From a virus, in the UHGV virus genome UHGV-0033085: a DNA stretch of 64,000 bases; one strand, given 5' to 3'. Below, piece after piece: positions 63,443 through 64,000 of the stretch (its first letter is position 1; every line of letters starts with the position of its first letter). The position numbers were made by a program, and so were the translations under genes. The notes under the pieces were generated by a model. The model saw only the letters and a program-made list of their open reading frames with translations, was not told where the DNA came from and searched no databases.

Positions 63443-64000
63443 ATGACGACTACTGCACTGCAAAATGAAAAAAATCCTTCTGATTACCTTGTTTGCAAGT
63501 GGTGCGGCAAATCATTTCACTATTTTAAGTCCCATGTAGCCAATGGTAATTGCGAGGGCATTCCTGAGTCAGTAAAAGATGCCGATCCTGACACCGTACT
63601 GAAAATGTACACAACGCAGTTTCCAGATGAACCAACGCTATCGAAAAAGGCACTTGATGCAATTCAAGCTAAACGTGCCGAGCAAAAAAGCGAAATGGCC
63701 AAATCTTCTGGCTTGACCAGTAGCCCTGGCTACACAGGCACAGTTGAGTACAAGACAGATCTGGTCGCAGCTCACGAACTGCTAAACGTAACAGTGGAAG
63801 AACTCGGAACAAAACGTGGGACGCCGCTCATGGTTAGCGTCAACGTCAATACGCCGTATCCAGAGTTCGTTCCCGAAGTGAAGAAAGGCTACGTATATGG
63901 CGACTTCGAACTGATCAAAGATATTTTCATGATGCTTGAACTTGGCATACCTGGCTATTTGTGGGGTCATGCAGGAACAGGCAAATCGTCATTGCCTACA
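63443..64000 (+). CDS. AAA+ ATPase, MoxR/CobS-like (3-prime end outside window)
   Basis: Open to window end; N-terminal CxxC...C motif then Walker A GHAGTGKS; absent from ORF track because no stop in window. Confidence 0.7.
   Translation, partial: MTTTALQNEKNPSDYLVCKWCGKSFHYFKSHVANGNCEGIPESVKDADPDTVLKMYTTQFPDEPTLSKKALDAIQAKRAEQKSEMAKSSGLTSSPGYTGTVEYKTDLVAAHELLNVTVEELGTKRGTPLMVSVNVNTPYPEFVPEVKKGYVYGDFELIKDIFMMLELGIPGYLWGHAGTGKSSLPT

Overview
The window starts inside the 3-prime part of a host-like metG gene (1..861, with its own terminator) and then runs about 63 kb through a phage-like element without reaching its far end. Content in order: (i) 0.9-6.8 kb, a tandem array of small-gene cassettes, each with a GATAAT -10 box followed by a conserved AAGAAAACA-N3-TGTTT palindrome, plus a roughly 0.8 kb G-depleted CA-rich putative non-coding unit and an iteron-like repeat array; (ii) 7-13.9 kb, AT-rich leftward operons of unknown function ending in an SF2 helicase; (iii) 14-17.4 kb, two ParB/Srx-like proteins, an ABC-type ATPase and a GNAT-like protein; (iv) 17.6-43.8 kb, a lambda-like siphovirus morphogenesis module (small and large terminase, portal, scaffold, major capsid, Ig-like decoration, major tail with G/GT frameshift chaperones, tape measure, M/L/K/I/J-like tip proteins, long tail fibre with C-terminal S74 chaperone domain); (v) 43.9-46.5 kb, small fibre-distal genes including a lipoprotein and a putative lysis cassette with overlapping spanin-like genes; (vi) 46.5-48.7 kb, a TacAT-like GNAT/DUF1778 toxin-antitoxin pair and a ParA/ParG-like partition module; (vii) 48.7-56.7 kb, a replication module (GIY-YIG nuclease, DnaB-like helicase, primase, ATP-dependent DNA ligase) and small membrane proteins; (viii) 56.7-58.3 kb, a non-coding region with four tRNA genes (Asn-GTT, Tyr-GTA, Thr-TGT, Ser-TGA) interleaved with a family of long stem-loops; (ix) a Grx1-like glutaredoxin gene interrupted by an in-frame TGA, a tyrosine integrase, an XRE-type regulator and a vWA plus AAA+ (CobT/CobS-like) pair. 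Two recurrent regulatory vocabularies stand out: the AAAACA-N3-TGTTTT palindrome in front of early/accessory, partition and replication genes, and a GATAAGTAAGTA box in front of late and other genes. All functional calls rest on motif-level recognition by eye, since no database search could be run. Coordinates of short motifs are anchored to the supplied ORF track and may be off by 1-2 bp.
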